Source: Candidatus Electrothrix yaqonensis (GTDB lineage Bacteria; Desulfobacterota; Desulfobulbia; Desulfobulbales; Desulfobulbaceae). From it: a stretch of 32,000 nt of DNA. How positions within the stretch are numbered: the stretch's first letter is position 1; each line of letters starts with the position of its first letter. The stretch covers positions 2,100,001-2,132,000 of the forward strand of contig CP178758.1 of assembly GCA_047651235.1 (NCBI GenBank), in the 5' to 3' direction. Below the pieces are notes generated by a model. The model searched no databases. It had not been told where the DNA came from and saw only the letters and a list, made by a program, of their open reading frames with translations. A program made the translations under genes and the position numbers. This document shows positions 27,102-32,000 of this stretch, one piece after another.

Positions 27102-28280
27102 TCAATCTATGTCAAGCCACTCCAGGGGATCCAGGGGGGTTGTGCCGTGGCGTATTTCAAAATACAGGCCGGGTTCGTACAGGGTGGCGATATCGCCGCT
27201 GGTCCCGATTTTCTGGTCCTGCTTCACCTTGTCCCCTGCATGAACAAAAATTTCATCCAGCCGGGCAGTCACGGTGAAGTAATTTCCTCCATGGTCAATA
27301 ATGACCGTGTTCCCGTAACCGCGCTTATAATCCGCATACGCCACCTCTCCCTTGTACACGGCATAAACCGGCGTATCCGGGTCGATGTCAACAGTAATAC
27401 CGTTCAGGCTCTCGCCCCTGCGCAGGCCTGTCTGGACAATATCGCCGAAGCGGTGCAGCACCGTGCCGGTGACCGGGGAGGCCAGATGTCCTTTGCCCAG
27501 GAGCAGGCCCTGTTTGTTATGCAGCTGTTCATCGACTCTGAGGCGGACCAGGGTGTTGATCAGCTCTTTCTCAGCCCGGCGCATTTCATCAACCGCTTGC
27601 TGATACACGCTTTTCTCCTGCCTGACTCTGTTGAGGAGGTACTCCTGTCTCCTGCGCAGAACAAGCAGCTCCTGCTCCTCCTCCTCTGTCTGCTGCAGGA
27701 GTTCCTCAAGCAGGGATTTTTCCAGCTCATGGGCTGTCACAACCTGATCCAGCTCATGCAGTGCTACCCTGTACTGCCGGATAATCTTTTTATCGTAGGC
27801 GATCAGGTGCTGAAATGAATCCTCGAACAGCATCAGCTCCGGCAGATTCTTGTTGGAAAAGGTCACGTTGAGCAGACCGAGTTTTCCCATCATATAAAAA
27901 GAACGCAGCCGTTTCAACATATGACGCCGCAGGCTGTCGCGTTTTTCTTCTGCCAGCCTGACTTTCTCCTTCAGGACAGGCAGCAGTTGTTGCTGTTCTG
28001 CAAGCCTTTTTTTTACGACCGAAGTCTTTTCTTTCTGCTGACTGAGTTTACGGTTGATTCTGTCCAGCTCGTTAAGGATCTCTCCTTCTGCGACATCCTT
28101 TTTCTGGATTTTGTCCAGCTGCCCCTTGATATCCTGCTGCAGGTGACCGATTTTGATTTTGACCGTCTTCTCGCTTTCTGCTCCTGCTCTGTCACCACAA
28201 CAGAATACAGCACAGAGCAGCAGGGCACAAAGTCGGACAAGGACAGGCAGATGCAGCCGGATCTCCTTCTTCATGCTCAC
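27102..28280 (-). CDS. envC: EnvC-like murein hydrolase activator (coiled coil + degenerate LytM/M23 domain)
   Basis: Signal peptide, long coiled coil, and a C-terminal LytM fold ending in LYFEIRHGTTPLDPLEWL, compare E. coli EnvC LYFEIRRQG..NPQPWL. It sits downstream of ftsEX. Start is GTG 28280 (GTGA overlap with the ftsX stop) or ATG 28274. Confidence 0.85.
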   Translation of the reverse strand: MSMKKEIRLHLPVLVRLCALLLCAVFCCGDRAGAESEKTVKIKIGHLQQDIKGQLDKIQKKDVAEGEILNELDRINRKLSQQKEKTSVVKKRLAEQQQLLPVLKEKVRLAEEKRDSLRRHMLKRLRSFYMMGKLGLLNVTFSNKNLPELMLFEDSFQHLIAYDKKIIRQYRVALHELDQVVTAHELEKSLLEELLQQTEEEEQELLVLRRRQEYLLNRVRQEKSVYQQAVDEMRRAEKELINTLVRLRVDEQLHNKQGLLLGKGHLASPVTGTVLHRFGDIVQTGLRRGESLNGITVDIDPDTPVYAVYKGEVAYADYKRGYGNTVIIDHGGNYFTVTARLDEIFVHAGDKVKQDQKIGTSGDIATLYEPGLYFEIRHGTTPLDPLEWLDID

Positions 28281-29164
28281 AGGGTCAGAATCTTGCGAGT
28301 TGAGGTGAAACTGCCTCCTGCACAGAGAAGGATGGAGAGCAGAATAATGAGCAGCACTGCCGGGCCGCTGAAGAAATTGAATGAAAACATCCCCTGCATG
28401 TTCTCTCCGCTAAACCGGAGCTGAATCCAGCTGAACAGCAGATAGAGCGCAATCAGTCCCGCTCCTGAACCCAGGATTCCCAGAATGGCGCCTTCCAGAA
28501 AAAAAGGCACCCGGATATAATGGTCAGACGCCCCCACCAGGCGCAGCAGCTCCACCTCTTTTTTCCGGGTCAGCAGGGTCAGCCGGATGGAATGGCCCAT
28601 CATAAAGGTGGTGGTCAGGACCAGCAGCACACCGGACAGGAACACGACGATGCGCAGCAGCTGGATAAAGGAATAAAACCGTTCCACCCATTCTCTACCG
28701 TACTGGACCTTGAGCACACCGGGCAGAGTCTGCAGATATTCGGAAAAGAGTTTGATCCTGGACAGGGTATCCAGACTGCGGTGCGGATAAATCTCAATAG
28801 AGGCTGGCAGAAAATCATGGGGAATTTCCTGCAGCACGTCCTGATTTTCGTTCAGCTGCTCCTGGAACCGGTCAAAGGCTTCCAGCCGGGAGATAAATTC
28901 TATTCTGTCCACCTTGTCGAACTTTTCGATTTTATGGCGGTACTCCTCCTGCAGGGCATGGTCGGGCTGCTCCTCAAGATAGACAATCAACCGGAGATCA
29001 TTATTCAGCCGGTCTCCGGCGTGCAGGGCATTGGTATAGACCAGATAAAAAAAGGTGAAGATCAGCACCGACAGGGTAACAGTCATCAGGGAAAGCACCT
29101 GACTGCGCCAAGTCTGGACAATATTGCGGGCAGTCTGCCCGATCACGGCAAGCAGAAATCTCAT
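28277..29164 (-). CDS. ftsX: cell division permease FtsX
   Basis: 295 aa. One N-terminal TM helix, a periplasmic loop and three C-terminal TM helices by eye. ATGA overlap with the ftsE stop. Confidence 0.9.
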   Translation of the reverse strand: MRFLLAVIGQTARNIVQTWRSQVLSLMTVTLSVLIFTFFYLVYTNALHAGDRLNNDLRLIVYLEEQPDHALQEEYRHKIEKFDKVDRIEFISRLEAFDRFQEQLNENQDVLQEIPHDFLPASIEIYPHRSLDTLSRIKLFSEYLQTLPGVLKVQYGREWVERFYSFIQLLRIVVFLSGVLLVLTTTFMMGHSIRLTLLTRKKEVELLRLVGASDHYIRVPFFLEGAILGILGSGAGLIALYLLFSWIQLRFSGENMQGMFSFNFFSGPAVLLIILLSILLCAGGSFTSTRKILTL

Positions 29165-29976
29165 ATTCCCGTCCCCTTCCTTCCGGCAGAAGGAATAACA
29201 AACTGTCTGCCGAAGTCATCCGGATCAGGATGCCTGCCTGTTTTTTCAGCCGCAACGACATCAGCTTTCCTGAGCTTCTCAATCTCCTCAGTGATCCTGC
29301 CCCGTTCCAGCCGGACCACCCTGCTGCCGGAATGACTGTAAATCGAGTAATCATGGGTAGCAATGAGCAGCGTGGTACCCTGTTCATTGCAGCGTCGGAA
29401 AAGATTCATTACCAGAGCTGTGGTTTCTGCATCCAGATTGCCGGTCGGCTCATCCGCGAGAATAAGGGCCGGTTTGTTGGCCACGGCTCTGGCAATGGCC
29501 ACCCGCTGCTGCTCTCCTCTGGAGAGTTTACCGGCGCGGCTGTCCAGCTTTTCCTCCAGTCCGAGCAGCTCCAGCAGTTCTTCGGTTCGGCTGCGGATAA
29601 ACGTCCTGCTCCGATAGGAGACCTCCATAGAAAAGGCAATATTCTGGGCCACGGTTTTCTCCGGCAGCAGCTTGAAATCCTGATACGCCACCCCGATCCG
29701 CCGGCGGAGGGTCTGCAGCTCCGCACGGGTGATCTTGCTTAACTCCCTGCCGTTCACTTCGATATAGCCCCTGTCCGGGCTGTCGATCCCGCAGAGCAGA
29801 CGGAGCAGAGTGGTTTTGCCTGCTCCGCTCGCCCCGGTCAGGTAGCAGATTTCGCCCTGATTCACCCGCAGGGATATATCTCTGAGGGCCTGGACGTCCG
29901 GGGGATACATCTTGCTCACCCGGATCAGGTCAATCACGGCCTGACCGTCATTTTCGTTCGGCATAGGATGCAGCAT
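29161..29976 (-). CDS. ftsE: cell division ATP-binding protein FtsE
   Basis: Walker A GASGAGKTT, ABC signature LSRGEQQRVAIARA, Walker B LILADEPTGNLD, paired with ftsX. Carries a C-terminal extension of ~45 aa. Confidence 0.93.
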   Translation of the reverse strand: MLHPMPNENDGQAVIDLIRVSKMYPPDVQALRDISLRVNQGEICYLTGASGAGKTTLLRLLCGIDSPDRGYIEVNGRELSKITRAELQTLRRRIGVAYQDFKLLPEKTVAQNIAFSMEVSYRSRTFIRSRTEELLELLGLEEKLDSRAGKLSRGEQQRVAIARAVANKPALILADEPTGNLDAETTALVMNLFRRCNEQGTTLLIATHDYSIYSHSGSRVVRLERGRITEEIEKLRKADVVAAEKTGRHPDPDDFGRQFVIPSAGRKGTGI

Positions 29977-30006
29977 CCTGTTCGATTGATTTGTGATTAA
30001 GCCTGA

Positions 30007-30771
30007 TCAGGTCTGATCAAAGACCGCGTCAAATACGGCATAAACCTGTCTGATCACCCTGCTGTCCTCAGCCAGCTCCAGATAAGAAGCCCCACTGAGT
30101 TCCTGACTGATCAGGTCATCGCTGGAGGAGATAATCCCGGCCAGGTCTAGGTTTGCCTCTGCAACGGCTTCGTTGATTTTTACCTGCAGGGCCGGAGGAA
30201 CCGGATCAGGTGCTCTATTGACCAGCAGAGACTGCTGCCTGATTTCCAACTTCAGGGGACCGGTGATATCAGCAATCCGCCGGGCCGTCATAATTCCTCT
30301 GGCCGAGGGATCCGAGACAATGAACAGATAGTCGATACTGCGGAGATTCATCCGGCTCAGATGTTCCATTCCGGCTTCATTGTCCACGATAATATATTTG
30401 TAATTCTCGGCCAGTTTGTCCATAGTCATGGCCAGATACTGGTTGGCAGCGCAGTAGCAGCCCGGCCCGTCCGGCTGTCCCATCACCAGCAGGTCAAAGC
30501 CGGAATCCTCGATCAGGGCCTGGTGAATTTTCATCTCCATATACTGATCGCGGGTCATGCCGGGCGGGAGCTCCCCTTTCAACTCCTTGCGGATAATACC
30601 GAGGGTGGTCTGTACCTCCAGGCCGAGCAACTCGTTGAGGTTGGCATTGGCATCGGCATCCACGGCAAGCACCGGGGTCATGTTCCGGGCAATCAGATAT
30701 TTGAGCAGCAGGGCCGAGGTCGTGGTTTTTCCGGTTCCGCCCTTACCGGCAAGCGCTATCACTTTGGTCAT
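30007..30771 (-). CDS. cooC: CooC/AcsF-family P-loop ATPase (MinD/ParA superfamily) with CxC metal motif
   Basis: Deviant Walker A AGKGGTGKTT. GPGCYCAANQY matches the CooC1 GSQCYCRENSF nickel-binding Cys-x-Cys region as I remember it. About 254 aa, typical for CooC. Confidence 0.8.
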   Translation of the reverse strand: MTKVIALAGKGGTGKTTTSALLLKYLIARNMTPVLAVDADANANLNELLGLEVQTTLGIIRKELKGELPPGMTRDQYMEMKIHQALIEDSGFDLLVMGQPDGPGCYCAANQYLAMTMDKLAENYKYIIVDNEAGMEHLSRMNLRSIDYLFIVSDPSARGIMTARRIADITGPLKLEIRQQSLLVNRAPDPVPPALQVKINEAVAEANLDLAGIISSSDDLISQELSGASYLELAEDSRVIRQVYAVFDAVFDQT

Positions 30772-31075
30772 TGTTCCGTCATTCTCCGCAGAAATTTCTC
30801 ATCGCATCGGATAAGAATTCAAAAAATGATCCCATCGTATAAAAAATAATCAAAGTATACCTTATAGGGTGCCTGTTTCCAAGTCAAACGGAAAGGAAAA
30901 AGAGAAACTCCGCAGATTCATGCTGGACGGAACAGCGGGTCTGTTTTACCTTTTCAACCTGACAGTCCATCCCCTCTGTAACCGCGCTCTTTGCAGATGA
31001 CAGCAGAATGCTGTATTGTGAAAGACGATTAAGACGAAATAACGCTGCAGAGTAATTTTATACTTTTACGGAACA

Positions 31076-32000
31076 ATGTTTCTTTCAACAACGCATCTTC
31101 TAACCTTTGGCGGCCCGCCTCTACTCGGCGCCCTGATCGGCTACCTGACCAACAAGGTGGCGATCCGTATGCTGTTCAGGCCCCTGAAGCCCTGGTATAT
31201 CTTAGGGAAACGTGTTCCCATGACCCCGGGTATTATTCCGTCCAAACGACATGAACTTGCCGAGAACATCGGCGAAATGGTTGGGGAACAGCTGCTTACG
31301 GCCCAGGACATCGGCAATGCCCTGTCAGCAGAACCCTTTCAGGACCACCTGCATCAGATTATGGATACCCGGATACAGGATTTCCTGTCCCGCGATCTCG
31401 GCCCTGTGCTCAAGGTTGTTCCTCGCCGTTTCCGGGCGTATGCCCGTATCGGACTAAAAACTCTGAAATACCGGATGCGCACCGGACTGCATGAGTATAT
31501 CGCCTCGCCGTCATTCAGCAAGGCAATCGCGGCTGCGCTGCCGTCCCGACTGGAAGTTTTCGGCCGCCGTCAGCTCAACGACATCCTGCAGACCGAAGAC
31601 CGGGAAGCGCTGTATATCCTGGCGGAATCACTCCTTTCCCAAGCCCTGAATGATCCGGCTAATACCGACCAGCTGGCCGGGTGGCTGCGCAGCACCTTGA
31701 CAGAAGCTGCCGTATCCGGCAAATCTCTGGCCGATTTTCTGCCGGAGGAACTGGTGCAGCTCATCCTGTCAACCGTGGAGGAGCAGACGCCGCAGATCCT
31801 GGCCAAGACAGCCGCCATGCTGGCGGAGGCAACCATGCGCGAACGGCTTGTTGTTGCGATCAAAAAAGCCCTGGAGGAGTTTATCGATACTCTTGGTCCG
31901 ATGGCGGCCATGGCCAAAGGATTTATCGATATAGACAGCCTAGACGAGACCATTCGCACCTGGCTGGAAAAAAAAGAAGACGCCTTGGCTTCCTGGCTGC
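31076..32000 (+). CDS. DUF445-family membrane protein (5' part, runs off the window)
   Basis: My hand translation from ATG 31076 stays open to base 32000, which is why it is absent from the ORF track. The N-terminus MFLSTTHLLTFGGPPLLGALIGYLTNKVAIRMLFRPLKPW..PMTPGIIPSKRHELAENIGEMV matches the DUF445/YheB-like signature (G.iTN..AI.MLF.P...GIIP). Confidence 0.75.
   Translation, partial: MFLSTTHLLTFGGPPLLGALIGYLTNKVAIRMLFRPLKPWYILGKRVPMTPGIIPSKRHELAENIGEMVGEQLLTAQDIGNALSAEPFQDHLHQIMDTRIQDFLSRDLGPVLKVVPRRFRAYARIGLKTLKYRMRTGLHEYIASPSFSKAIAAALPSRLEVFGRRQLNDILQTEDREALYILAESLLSQALNDPANTDQLAGWLRSTLTEAAVSGKSLADFLPEELVQLILSTVEEQTPQILAKTAAMLAEATMRERLVVAIKKALEEFIDTLGPMAAMAKGFIDIDSLDETIRTWLEKKEDALASWL

Noticed and set aside
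25870-29335. Several 200-300-aa + strand ORFs (25870..26784, 27147..27818, 28520..29335)
   Set aside because: All are antisense shadows of ctp, envC-like and ftsX, whose family motifs are clear on the - strand.
29977-31075. CooC gene as a marker of a CODH/ACS gene cluster
   Set aside because: The flanking genes are ftsE and a DUF445 protein, and no cooS, acs or hyd genes are visible. I therefore report it as an orphan rather than as part of a CODH locus.
1-32000. Search for CRISPR arrays, rRNA genes, IS elements, integrases/transposases, and toxin-antitoxin pairs
   Set aside because: No regularly spaced repeats, no rRNA-like sequence, and no ORF with integrase, transposase or TA hallmarks was seen. 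The only mobile-element-like signal is the repeat-bracketed R-M cassette.

Overview
32-kb chromosomal window. Gene content alone suggests an anaerobic Desulfobacterota (Desulfobulbales-like) bacterium; this is inference. Left half, mostly + strand: an unknown membrane protein; a two-subunit biotin-dependent carboxylase (biotin carboxylase plus carboxyltransferase/BCCP fusion); a small low-GC type II R-M cassette (XamI-like REase + C5 cytosine MTase) bracketed by 38-bp direct repeats beside tRNA-Thr(CGT); a 9-heme lipoprotein cytochrome c translationally coupled to rlpA; serA (- strand); a PAS protein ending in a CxxC...HxxCxxC module; and a REC-PATAN(DUF4388)-acidic linker-Roadblock-like regulator. 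Right half, all - strand: the conserved tRNA-rimP-nusA-ylxR-infB-rbfA-nrnA-truB-rpsO-pnp superoperon, headed here by tRNA-Gly(CCC) behind a perfect consensus sigma70 promoter, and a cooC-like ATPase-ftsE-ftsX-envC-like-ctp cluster. A DUF445-type ORF, absent from the ORF track, runs off the right edge. I found no CRISPR array, rRNA, IS element, integrase or transposase. Nothing here is a clear-cut new system. The most unusual items are the integrase-less, repeat-bracketed R-M cassette at the tRNA-Thr locus, the REC-PATAN-Roadblock regulator, the cytochrome-rlpA coupling, the orphan CooC-type ATPase heading the ftsEX cluster, and the PAS/Cys-rich protein. All product calls rest on motifs read by eye; no searches were run.
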